From: Abyssibacter profundi
Lineage (GTDB): Bacteria > Pseudomonadota > Gammaproteobacteria > Nevskiales > OUC007
DNA length: 64,000 nucleotides
NCBI RefSeq assembly: GCF_003151135.1
Contig: NZ_QEQK01000005.1
Location: 321,955-385,954, forward strand
Direction: 5' to 3'
Shown here: piece after piece, positions 10,644 to 19,637 of the stretch
Layout of the letters: every line of letters starts with the position of its first letter
How positions within the stretch are numbered: the first letter of the stretch is position 1
The notes under the pieces: generated by a model
Databases searched by the model: none
The model's input: the letters and a program-made list of their open reading frames with translations, nothing else
Told to the model about the DNA's origin: nothing
Program-made: the position numbers and the translations under genes

Positions 10644-10827
10644 AACGTGGGATTCTCGGCCCAGTTCTGTCGTTGTGCTGGAACGGGGGGGCGACTCGTT
10701 GCAACTGATGACGGATTTGCCGATGGGGCCTGCCAACCCAATCGACAGGCTGCTGCAGTGACACTTGCCGCACCCCTGTGTCAACGCGGATGGCATAATC
10801 CCGCGACTTTTCACACCCAGACCCTTC

Positions 10828-11793
10828 ATGTCGCATCCGATTCTGAACGACCAACTCCAGTCCCTCGATGATCAGGGCCTCGCCACGACGCTTGCTTGTC
10901 TGGCGGACACCTGCAAGACCATCAGTCAGCAGCTCAAGCGGGGGGAGCTTGCCGGCATCCTCGGTGCCGCCGGCAATGAGAACGTGCAGGGTGAGGAGCA
11001 GAAGAAACTCGATGTGATCGCCAACGACCTGATCAAGAGCGCGCTGGGCGCTTGTGAGCCGGTTCGTGGCATTGCCTCGGAAGAAGAGGACGATGTGGTG
11101 GGCCTGCGCGAGTCGGCCGGTTTGCTGGTGACCTTCGATCCGCTGGATGGCTCGTCCAACATCGACATTAACTCGATGGTCGGCACGATTTTCTCGATTT
11201 TGCCGGGCCAATCCACGGGGCCGGTGACCGAAGCCGAGTTCCTGCAGCCGGGTCGCAACCAGGTGGCGGCAGGCTATGTGCTGTATGGCCCCTCCACCAT
11301 GTTGGCGCTGACCACCGGCAATGGTGTCGACATGTACACGCTGGACCCGGTCAGCGGTGATTTTCTGCTGACGCGTGAGGCGAATATCCCGGAGGCGACG
11401 AAGGAATTCGCCATCAACATGAGCAACCAGCGGTTCTGGGCACCTGCGGTGCAGACCTATATCGCCGAGCTGCTACAGGGTGCTGAGGGGCCACGCGGCA
11501 AGAACTACAACATGCGCTGGGTGGCGGCGATGGTGGCCGATGTCCACCGCGTGCTGTGCCGGGGCGGTGTTTTCATGTATCCCTGGGATCAGCGCGACCC
11601 GAACAAGCCGGGCAAGTTGCGGCTGATGTACGAGGCCAACCCCATGGGTTTTCTGGTCGAGCAGGCCGGCGGCCAGTGCTGCACGCCGGAAGGCCCCATT
11701 CTGGACCTGCAGCCCGAAAAAATTCACCAGCGCGTGCCGGTGATTCTGGGCGCTGCCGAGGAAGTCAGCCGCTGCGTGGGTATGCACAGCTAA
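10828..11793 (+). CDS. fbp: Fructose-1,6-bisphosphatase class 1
   Basis: Start at MSHPILND. Class I FBPase signatures: EEEDDVV...[10 protein letters not shown] metal-binding loop and the [12 protein letters not shown] region. Confidence 0.9.
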   Translation: MSHPILNDQLQSLDDQGLATTLACLADTCKTISQQLKRGELAGILGAAGNENVQGEEQKKLDVIANDLIKSALGACEPVRGIASEEEDDVVGLRESAGLLVTFDPLDGSSNIDINSMVGTIFSILPGQSTGPVTEAEFLQPGRNQVAAGYVLYGPSTMLALTTGNGVDMYTLDPVSGDFLLTREANIPEATKEFAINMSNQRFWAPAVQTYIAELLQGAEGPRGKNYNMRWVAAMVADVHRVLCRGGVFMYPWDQRDPNKPGKLRLMYEANPMGFLVEQAGGQCCTPEGPILDLQPEKIHQRVPVILGAAEEVSRCVGMHS

Positions 11794-11804
11794 ACCGCTG
11801 TGAG

Positions 11805-11835
11805 GGCGGCCCGGGCTCGATCAGCCCGGGTCGCT
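11805..11835. terminator. GC-rich hairpin between convergent fbp and the YhcB-like gene
   Basis: CCCGGGC-TCGATCA-GCCCGGG stem-loop. Weak T-tract. Confidence 0.4.
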
Positions 11836-12324
11836 TGAGGTGGTTTGCGTGGTCGCCGCGCCCAGCGCCGGCCGCGTGACCCGCCGGACCAGCTTGGTCA
11901 GGCCCGATTCCGAATCGGCCACATGCGCTTCGGCGTCGCGGATCGCGCTTTCCCAGGCCGGTGCAAAACCGGGTGCCCGCTCCAGCAGCAGGTGGACCGC
12001 ACGGTCGTAGACCTGCAGCAACCGCGCCTCTGCCTTGCCAGGCTTTTGCTGCAAGGTGGCGATGGACACGCGCAGGTTTTCGTTCTTTTCTCGCAGTGAC
12101 GCCAGTTCGGCGTTCAGCGCCTCGTTGCCGCTGGCGGTGATCTTGAGCTGCTGGCCGAGGTGCTTGTTCAGGTCGGTGAGTTCGGTGTTCAGGCGTTTGA
12201 TCTCGCGTTTCTGCTCACGGCGTGCAATGGCGCCGGTCCGCCACACCACCAGACACAGCACCAGGCCGGCGATGAGTCCCCAGGTGAAGCTGTGCGACAA
12301 GATGGAAAGCAGAAAGTCCTGCAT
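11821..12324 (-). CDS. Membrane-anchored coiled-coil protein, possibly YhcB/ZapG-like (DUF1043)
   Basis: ATG 12324. Single N-terminal TM (WGLIAGLVLCLVVW), then heptad-like KREIKRLNTELTDLNKHLGQQL...LASLREKNENL. The family name is tentative. Confidence 0.5.
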   Translation of the reverse strand: MQDFLLSILSHSFTWGLIAGLVLCLVVWRTGAIARREQKREIKRLNTELTDLNKHLGQQLKITASGNEALNAELASLREKNENLRVSIATLQQKPGKAEARLLQVYDRAVHLLLERAPGFAPAWESAIRDAEAHVADSESGLTKLVRRVTRPALGAATTQTTSSDPG

Positions 12325-12531
12325 GGGGGCCTGCCTTGCGGTCGTTAATGGATTCACCGATAAGACTGGCGGATCGCGCCGCGGTTCAGTTCAAGCCCGG
12401 CGACGGGTCGCGTCGCGCCGCTGACCGGTGGCGCTGTCGTCGGGTCTGGGCAGACTGACCTCGCAATCAGTCGCATCACGCCGCGCCGACGTTATAGGCT
12501 CGAGTCGAATTCGAATCCGTCGACTACCGCG

Positions 12532-13221
12532 ATGCCCGCAATACAGGCACACGCCGTCGCCGCGCTGGCCTTGTATGCCCTGCGCTGTGCTGCCAACTCG
12601 ACCAGGGCGCTGGCCGCGGACATCAGCGTCGGGGCACAAAGCCGTTACATCACCGAGGGTCGTGACAATCTGGCGCGCGGCGGTCTGGTCACGGCTGAAG
12701 CGGGCGGGACCTGGCGGGCGTTGAGCGCGGGGCTGTGGCTCGGCGTGGCGGATTCAACGGCGTATCGCGAGATCAACGCCAGTTTGTCGGCCACGCGGCA
12801 GTGGCTGGGCAGCGAGTGGACGCTGGCGTGGACACGGTTGTGGTTTGAACCCGACGACAGCACCGATCGTGAATGGTCCCTGGCGTGGCGCGCACCGCTG
12901 GCGAGCCGTTGGGAGGCCAGCGCCGTGGCCGTTCAATCCGTGGTTGCTGATGGTGTCTTTGTGGAGCTGTCGCTGTCGCGTGGCCTGTGGCAAGCCAACG
13001 GGCAGCGGCTATCTGCGGTTCTGACCCAGGGCGCAGATTTCGGCTACGCCACCCCGCAGTACGACGGACTCAATCACAACGGATTGGGCCTACGCTACGT
13101 GAACCGGCTGGCGTCAGGGTGGCAGCTGGGTCTGGCTGTTGATCACAACCGGGGCGGGCCCGATGTGCGGCGTAGCGGTGGGGGCGACGTCACCTGGCTG
13201 AGTGTTTCGCTGTCACGCTAG
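12532..13221 (+). CDS. Hypothetical secreted protein, probable outer-membrane beta-barrel
   Basis: ATG start with a signal-like N-terminus. Alternating aromatic/hydrophobic beta-strand pattern (WTLAWTRLWF, LSVSLSR C-terminus). Confidence 0.5.
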   Translation: MPAIQAHAVAALALYALRCAANSTRALAADISVGAQSRYITEGRDNLARGGLVTAEAGGTWRALSAGLWLGVADSTAYREINASLSATRQWLGSEWTLAWTRLWFEPDDSTDREWSLAWRAPLASRWEASAVAVQSVVADGVFVELSLSRGLWQANGQRLSAVLTQGADFGYATPQYDGLNHNGLGLRYVNRLASGWQLGLAVDHNRGGPDVRRSGGGDVTWLSVSLSR

Positions 13222-13299
13222 GCCCGCAAGCCGGCGTCGCAAAGCGCATGCTTGCGCAGGGTCCTGCGAGCCGGCCTGCGCCCAAGGGGCCTGAATGCC

Positions 13300-15444
13300 T
13301 CAGCGCTCGTCCAGCTGCGCCAACATGAAGCTGTATTCCAGCGCGACTTCTTCATAGCGCCGATACCGCCCTGACTTGCCACCGTGGCCGGCATCCATGT
13401 TCATGTGCAGCAGCAACGTGTTGTTGTCTGTTTTGCGGTGTCGCAGGCGCGCAACCCACTTGGCTGGCTCGAAGTACTGGACCTGCGAATCCCACAGCCC
13501 GCCGGTGATCAGCATGGCCGGGTAGTCCTGCTCCGCCACATTGTCGTAGGGCGAGTAGGCCAGCATGGTCTTGTAAGCCTCGGGCTCCTTGGGATTGCCC
13601 CATTCATCGAACTCATTCGTCGTCAGCGGGATGCTTTCGTCGAGCATGGTGGTCACCACATCGACAAACGGCACGTCGGCCACGATGCCGCGATAAAGCT
13701 CCGGCCGCATATTGGCCACGGCTCCGACCAGCAGCCCACCGGCGCTGCCGCCGGCGGCAAACACCTTGTCGGGCGCGCCGTAGCCTTCGGCGACCAGATG
13801 TTCTGTGACGTCGATGAAGTCGTTGAAGGTATTGATCTTGTGCTGCAGCTTGCCGTGGTCATACCAGTGCCGGCCCATCTCCTGGCCGCCGCGAATATGC
13901 GCAATGGCGAAGACAAAGCCGCGGTCCAGCAGAGACAGTCGCGACACGGACAGATAAGGGTCCATCGAATAGCCGTATGAACCGTAGCCGTAGACCAGCA
14001 ACGGGTTCTTGCCCGGCTCACGCAGGTCCTTGCGGTAGACGATGGAGATCGGCACCTGGGTGCCGTCGCGTGCGGTGGCGCGGATGTACTCCGATGTATA
14101 GGCGTCGGGGTCGAAATCGCCCTCCACCGGCTGGACCTTGAGCACGCGTTTTTCACCCGTCACCAGGTTGTAATCGATGGTGGTCGTCGGGTTGGTCAAG
14201 GTGTCCAGGTCATAGCGCATCCACGGCCAGTCGTATTCGGCGGACCCGATCAGACTGGCGGCATAGGTGGGCTCGTCCGCGTCGATGGTCCGGCTGTTGT
14301 CACCGGTCCAGTCCATGACGCGGATCTTGCGCAGTCCGTCACGCCGCTCGTTAACGGCCAGGTGGTGTTTGAAGACTTCCACCGATTCGATCAGCACATC
14401 ATCGCTGGCAGCGATCAACGGGGCCCAGGTGGACTTGTCCGCGCTGGTGGCCACGGGCGCGGTCATCACACGGAAATTCTTGGCCTGCCAGTTGGTGAGA
14501 ATGACGAAGCGACCATTGTGATCGGTGACTTCGTACTCGTGCCCATCTTCGCGCGGCAGCACCGGCTGGAAGTCCAGCGCGTCATCGCCTGCATGGGCGT
14601 AGCGGTACTCGGTCTGCTCCGTGCTGTAGAGGCCGATGTACAGAAAATCGCCCGACTTGCCGCGGCCAATGCCCATATAAAACGCATCGTCCGGCTCTTC
14701 GTAAATCAGCCGGTCGCCGTCGGCGGGCGTCCCCAAACGATGCTGACGCACCCGCTTGCCCAGCAGTGTGGTCGGGTCTTTTTCGACGTAGAGCACCGAG
14801 CGGTTGTCGTTGGTCCAGACCAGGTTGGCGTTGAGGTTTTCCACCTGGTCGTCGAGCCATTGGCCGGTTTCCAGGTTCTTGATACGCAGGCTGTATTGGC
14901 GGCGGCCCACGGTGTCTTCCGCAATGGCCATCAGCCGGTTGTCCGGGCTGATTTCGTAGTCGCCCAGCCGATAAAATTCGTGGCCCTCCGCCCGGGCGTT
15001 CTGGTCGATGAGCACCTCTTCCGGGGCATCCATGCTGCCCTTGCGGCGGGCGATGATTGGGTAGTCGCGGCCGGTTTCGAAGCGTGAGTAATACCAGTAC
15101 CCATTCTCGAAGGTGGGCGGGCTGGCATCGTCGCTTTTCAGGCGGGCCACGATTTCGTTGTAAATGGTTTCGCGGAGTTCAGCGTAGGGCGCGAGCTGGG
15201 CTTCGGTGTAGGCATTCTCGGCTTCGAGATAGGCCAGCACATCCGGGTCTTCGCGCTCGTCGTCTCGTAGCCAGTAATACGGATCAACGCGATCTCCCTG
15301 TGGGGAGCGAACAATATGCTTGCGGCGTTCGGCAATCGGCGGCATGGGTTCGGAGGCAGCCTCGGTCTGGGACGGTGGGGTGCTGGCACAACCCGCCAGC
15401 AGGAACACGGGCAGGCAGGCCCGTAGCGCAATGACTCGAAGCAT
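13300..15444 (-). CDS. S9A family serine peptidase (oligopeptidase B / prolyl oligopeptidase-like) lipoprotein
   Basis: Lipobox LLAGCAS. GGSAGGLLVG nucleophile motif. N-terminal beta-propeller region. C-terminal DAGHGG. Confidence 0.85.
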   Translation of the reverse strand: MLRVIALRACLPVFLLAGCASTPPSQTEAASEPMPPIAERRKHIVRSPQGDRVDPYYWLRDDEREDPDVLAYLEAENAYTEAQLAPYAELRETIYNEIVARLKSDDASPPTFENGYWYYSRFETGRDYPIIARRKGSMDAPEEVLIDQNARAEGHEFYRLGDYEISPDNRLMAIAEDTVGRRQYSLRIKNLETGQWLDDQVENLNANLVWTNDNRSVLYVEKDPTTLLGKRVRQHRLGTPADGDRLIYEEPDDAFYMGIGRGKSGDFLYIGLYSTEQTEYRYAHAGDDALDFQPVLPREDGHEYEVTDHNGRFVILTNWQAKNFRVMTAPVATSADKSTWAPLIAASDDVLIESVEVFKHHLAVNERRDGLRKIRVMDWTGDNSRTIDADEPTYAASLIGSAEYDWPWMRYDLDTLTNPTTTIDYNLVTGEKRVLKVQPVEGDFDPDAYTSEYIRATARDGTQVPISIVYRKDLREPGKNPLLVYGYGSYGYSMDPYLSVSRLSLLDRGFVFAIAHIRGGQEMGRHWYDHGKLQHKINTFNDFIDVTEHLVAEGYGAPDKVFAAGGSAGGLLVGAVANMRPELYRGIVADVPFVDVVTTMLDESIPLTTNEFDEWGNPKEPEAYKTMLAYSPYDNVAEQDYPAMLITGGLWDSQVQYFEPAKWVARLRHRKTDNNTLLLHMNMDAGHGGKSGRYRRYEEVALEYSFMLAQLDER

Positions 15445-15664
15445 GAAGATCGTATCCGGACGGAAAAAATCAATGGGGGCGGCGCAGCCGCTGTCTGGCA
15501 GCGACAGTGCCTGCGCACCGCGACCGCGGCAAGCCTTGGGATGTGATTCACGCGGCCGTCACGAGAATTCGCGCATAATCGCGGGCCAAAAATCACAGCA
15601 TGCCGCGCAGGGTCGCGGATCGACGCCGGCCTGGGCAGAACGACCGCGGCGTTGCGGAGACAGC

Positions 15665-16318
15665 ATGACCGAATTGACCTCGCATGATCTTGGGCCTGCG
15701 GTGCCGCGTCGCGGCAATCGATTCACGCGCTGGCTGGGGCGTCGCGTCCTCGCCGCCATCGGCCTGAAGGTCACCGGCGAACTGCCGAACTTCCCGAAAA
15801 TGATGGTGATTGGCGCGCCGCATACCTCGAACTGGGATGGCGTCATGGCCATCGGCATGGCGCTGGCGCTGTCCATTGATGTCCGCGTGGTGGCCAAGCA
15901 GGCCCTGTTCCGCTGGCCGTTCGCCGGCCTGTTGCGCTGGATGGGCGTGATCGGCATTGACCGCAATGCCGCTGGCGGCGTCGTCGGCGAACTGACCCAG
16001 CTGTACAACGATGCCGACCAGCTCTACATCTGCATGTCGCCCGAGGGCACTCGAGGTGGCGCCACGACCTGGAAAACCGGTTTTCACCGCATTGCCCTGG
16101 CGGCCGAGGTGCCGGTGCTGGTCCTGGTGTTCGATTGGGGACGTGGCCGGATCGATGTGGCGGACTGGTTCCAGCCCAGCGAGGATATCGAGGCCGATCT
16201 CGATCGTGTGCTGTCGAATTATCATGGGGTGCTGGCCCGTAATCCCTCGCGGTTGTCGGGACCGATCAAGGCCCTGGCGGACCAGCCGGATAGCGCCCCC
16301 GTCGATCGCGCGGCCTGA
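15665..16318 (+). CDS. 1-acyl-sn-glycerol-3-phosphate acyltransferase family (PlsC/LPLAT) protein
   Basis: HX4D motif in MMVIGAPHTSNWDG and the PEGTR block. Start at ATG 15665. The upstream extension would run antisense to the S9 gene and is rejected. Confidence 0.75.
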   Translation: MTELTSHDLGPAVPRRGNRFTRWLGRRVLAAIGLKVTGELPNFPKMMVIGAPHTSNWDGVMAIGMALALSIDVRVVAKQALFRWPFAGLLRWMGVIGIDRNAAGGVVGELTQLYNDADQLYICMSPEGTRGGATTWKTGFHRIALAAEVPVLVLVFDWGRGRIDVADWFQPSEDIEADLDRVLSNYHGVLARNPSRLSGPIKALADQPDSAPVDRAA

Positions 16319-16441
16319 GGCCGCAGCGGCAGCATCTTGCGCGGCGTCAGCCCGGTCTGACGTCGAAATCCGCCGCTGACCAGATGCGGTCGACGATGGT
16401 CTTCCCTACGCTTAGACGTGGATGCCACGGGGAGTACAGGG

Positions 16442-18961
16442 ATGTCAGGCCAGGGGACGACTGCAGAGCGCTGGGCGCGCGTATCGGCATTGTTCGATGC
16501 CGCCTGGGAACTGCCCGAGACCGAGCGCGAGCGCTGGTTGCAGGCACAGGTGGGTGACGACCCGGAGCTGCTGGATGAGTTGCGCGTGCTGCTGGCCGAG
16601 GCCGACAGCCAACGTGCGGGCGACGACTTGTTGCTCACCGGCGCCGCCCAACGCGAGGCGCCGGTCTTCCAACCCCTGCAGCCGGATACGCGCATCGGTC
16701 CCTGGTCGGTCCGCAGCCTGCTGGGGCGGGGCGGGATGGGTGAGGTCTACGAGGTCCAGCGGGTCGACGGGCATTTTGAACAGCGCGCGGCGCTCAAGGT
16801 CGTCACGCTGCAATCCCCCGCGGCCATTGTTCGCTTTCACGCCGAGCGTCGCATTCTCGCCACGCTCGATCATCCCGGCATTGCCAGCATTCTCGATGGC
16901 GGCGCGCTGGAGGATGGCCGGCCCTACATGGTCATGGAGTATGTGCAGGGCGAGCCGATCACGCAGTACTGCGCCCGGCGCGGTCTTGATCTACGACAGC
17001 GCCTCGCCCTGTTTCTACAGGCCTGTGATGCGCTCACCCATGCGCACTCGCGGCTGATCGTCCATCGCGATATCAAGCCGGGCAATTTGTTCGTCACCGA
17101 AGCCGGGCAGGTCAAGCTGCTGGACTTCGGCATCGCCAAAGTGCTGGGCGACGCCGTCGATGAACAGACCCGCACCCAGCTGGTCCTGACCCCGGTGTAT
17201 GCCGCGCCCGAGCAGCTCGCAAACCGGGCCGTGGGCACGCCAACCGATCTGTATGCGATGGGCGCGCTGCTGTATCACCTGCTGGCCGGGCGGCCCCCGG
17301 CTGACGTCGATACCAGCTCGGTGTCGCGGCTGATTTCGCAGGTGCTGGAGGGACAGTTCCCCAAGGCGTCGACGGTGACCCGCCCCCCGGATGGACTGCC
17401 GGCCACGCAACTGGCCGGCGATCTCGATGCCATTCTTGCGCGCTGTCTGCGCCGGGAGCCCGATGCGCGCTATCCCGGCATGGACGCATTAGCCGATGAC
17501 CTGCGGGCCTTTCTTGCCCACCGCCCGGTGAGTGCGCGGGCCGGCAGTCGCGGCTATCGAACGCGACAGTTCTTCCGCCGCTATGCCTGGCAGACCGCGG
17601 CGGTCACTGCTGTCATGCTGGCCCTGGTGGCCGGAACGCTGACCAGCCTGTGGTTTGCACGTCAGGCTCAGGTGGCACTCGTGGAGCTGCAGGCGGCCAA
17701 TGCCGCCACCGAAGATGCCCTGGCGCGGGCAGAACGCGCCGCCGCTTCGGCGCGGACCCGCGCCCAGCTGCGCACCCAGCTCACCGAGGCCTTTGTGCGC
17801 CTGCTGGGCGACGCGCAGACCGCCGAGCAAGGCGGTGAGGAATTGCTGGCCTTTCTCGATGCGCAGCGCCAGGCCGCGATGGCTCGGCAGGCGGAGGGCT
17901 CTCGGGATGCCGAGGCCCTGCTGATCGCGCTGGGCGAAGTCTTTGTTCAGCGCGGAGACGCGCCCACCGTGGTCGCCACGCTGGAAGCCATGGCCAATGA
18001 CCCGAATGTGCTGCCCCGAAACCGGGCCGGCGCCAATGCCTTGATGGGGTCGGCCTACGCCAACATGGGCGATCTGGAGGCGGCGATCGGTCCGCTGGAG
18101 ATCGCGTTGGCGTTCTACGAAGAGGAACCGGGCTTCGAGATCGAATACGCGCAGCACCTCGGATTGCTGGCACACGCCCGGCGGGATCCCGAGACGCGGC
18201 GCGAGGCCAACGCCGCCATTCAGCGTGTTTTGGGTCCGGCGTCCGCGCCGAATCCATTGGATCCCAAACTACGCGGCTTTTTGCATTCTCAAGTGGGCTT
18301 CAACTTGCTGCGTTTGGGCGAGTTGGCGCCGGCCGAGGCCGAGATGCAGCGGGCCGTGGCCGCTTATGAGTCGGTGGAGGGGGTCACGCCGACGGAACTG
18401 GGCATGATTCTGACCAACCTGGGTGGGACCCAGTACCGGCTCGGCAAGCTGGAGGCGGCCGTGGAAACGTTCCGCCGGTCTATCGCCTTTACCCGCGAGA
18501 CGGCCGGCGCCGGACGCTCGTTGGCCAATGCCCAGCGGTTTCTGGCCAGCATGCTCATCAAGCTGGGCGAGCACGCCGAGGCGCTCGAGCTGTTGGATGA
18601 GGTCACCGCGCAGCTGGACCAAGCCGGTCTGCAGGCCAACCAGCTGTACTTTATTGCACTGAACACCCGCACCCGGGCCTTGCTGGCCAGTGGCCAGGCC
18701 GAGGCGGCGCAGGCGCATGCTCGCGCGGTCATCGAGCGTATCGAAGAGCAGCGCCCGGATGATGCCGCCAATGTCGGGTCCGCGTACTACGAGCTGGCGA
18801 ATGTCCAGGCCAGTCGGGGCGACTCGGCAGCGGCCCTGGCCACACTGGAGCGCTCCGACGCCATTTTCCAGGCGCTGGGGGAACGTCGGGGGCAGGCGAT
18901 GGCGCGCAACAACGCGCTGCGCAGCCAGCTGACGGGCAGCGCAGACATTAACGGCGGATAG
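16442..18961 (+). CDS. Hanks-type serine/threonine protein kinase with TM helix and TPR repeats (paralog of 2544-4874)
   Basis: GGGGAG RBS 8 nt before the ATG. GRGGMGEVY, ALKV, HRDIKPGNLF, DFG and APE motifs. TM segment AAVTAVMLALVAGTLTSLWF. TPR-like C-terminal half. Confidence 0.85.
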   Translation: MSGQGTTAERWARVSALFDAAWELPETERERWLQAQVGDDPELLDELRVLLAEADSQRAGDDLLLTGAAQREAPVFQPLQPDTRIGPWSVRSLLGRGGMGEVYEVQRVDGHFEQRAALKVVTLQSPAAIVRFHAERRILATLDHPGIASILDGGALEDGRPYMVMEYVQGEPITQYCARRGLDLRQRLALFLQACDALTHAHSRLIVHRDIKPGNLFVTEAGQVKLLDFGIAKVLGDAVDEQTRTQLVLTPVYAAPEQLANRAVGTPTDLYAMGALLYHLLAGRPPADVDTSSVSRLISQVLEGQFPKASTVTRPPDGLPATQLAGDLDAILARCLRREPDARYPGMDALADDLRAFLAHRPVSARAGSRGYRTRQFFRRYAWQTAAVTAVMLALVAGTLTSLWFARQAQVALVELQAANAATEDALARAERAAASARTRAQLRTQLTEAFVRLLGDAQTAEQGGEELLAFLDAQRQAAMARQAEGSRDAEALLIALGEVFVQRGDAPTVVATLEAMANDPNVLPRNRAGANALMGSAYANMGDLEAAIGPLEIALAFYEEEPGFEIEYAQHLGLLAHARRDPETRREANAAIQRVLGPASAPNPLDPKLRGFLHSQVGFNLLRLGELAPAEAEMQRAVAAYESVEGVTPTELGMILTNLGGTQYRLGKLEAAVETFRRSIAFTRETAGAGRSLANAQRFLASMLIKLGEHAEALELLDEVTAQLDQAGLQANQLYFIALNTRTRALLASGQAEAAQAHARAVIERIEEQRPDDAANVGSAYYELANVQASRGDSAAALATLERSDAIFQALGERRGQAMARNNALRSQLTGSADINGG

Positions 18962-19622
18962 GATTGCGCGGCGGCAACGCGCGCAGCGTGCCGACCGTCA
19001 GCAGAATCAACGCCGCCCAGTAACTCAGCAGGATGAGCGTTCGCGCCGCGTCAAACGGCGCGAGAAAGCGATTGATTGCAATCAGGCTGTCGCTACCGGC
19101 GAACAGCAGCGCGCCAGCGATGACCGCCCAGGCCGGGCCATTCGGTAGCAGCACACAGGCGGCACGCCACACCATGACGCCGATGACCAGCATGTAGATC
19201 GCGACCGGAATCAGCATCGGTCCCAGGCGGGGCAGCAAGAGCACAAAGAACGGCACGGCGTACAGCGCAAACGCAGGCAGCGGCCAACGCCGGCGCCGCC
19301 TGGGCAACTGCAGAAACAGGCCGATGAACAGGCCATGGGCGACCAGAAAGCAGCCCAGTCCGATGGCAAACCACGGCACCGTCGACGCCGGCGCCGCATA
19401 GGCACCTTCCAATGTGACATCCCCACCGGCGCAGGCCAGCAGCGCGGCGACCAACAGCCGGTGCGGCCATGTCGTGCCATGGTGCAGCGTGTACAGCGCC
19501 AGCAACACGGCGGGCGCCCACTTGCTGGCCAGCACCCAGCCGGTCTGGTCGGCCTCCACCGCCCAGAGGCAGACGCCGGCGGCCAGCGGCAGCAGGCAGC
19601 AAACCGCAGCGCGGACAGTCAT
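18948..19622 (-). CDS. YhhN family lysoplasmalogenase-like membrane protein
   Basis: Multi-TM protein with LFAGSDSLIAINRF, a YhhN-type motif. Lies 16 nt downstream of the DUF2339 gene on the same strand. Confidence 0.7.
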   Translation of the reverse strand: MTVRAAVCCLLPLAAGVCLWAVEADQTGWVLASKWAPAVLLALYTLHHGTTWPHRLLVAALLACAGGDVTLEGAYAAPASTVPWFAIGLGCFLVAHGLFIGLFLQLPRRRRRWPLPAFALYAVPFFVLLLPRLGPMLIPVAIYMLVIGVMVWRAACVLLPNGPAWAVIAGALLFAGSDSLIAINRFLAPFDAARTLILLSYWAALILLTVGTLRALPPRNPIRR

Positions 19623-19637
19623 TGGGGTGAGCACGGA

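Noticed and set aside
12504-12526. tRNA-like T-loop sequence TTCGAATCC.
   Set aside because: The flanking 5-nt segments are not complementary (no T-stem). There is no acceptor stem or CCA context. This is not a tRNA gene.
15320-15664. N-terminal 115-aa extension of the acyltransferase ORF.
   Set aside because: It would be antisense to the 5' end and promoter of the S9 peptidase. The conserved PlsC domain begins after ATG 15665.
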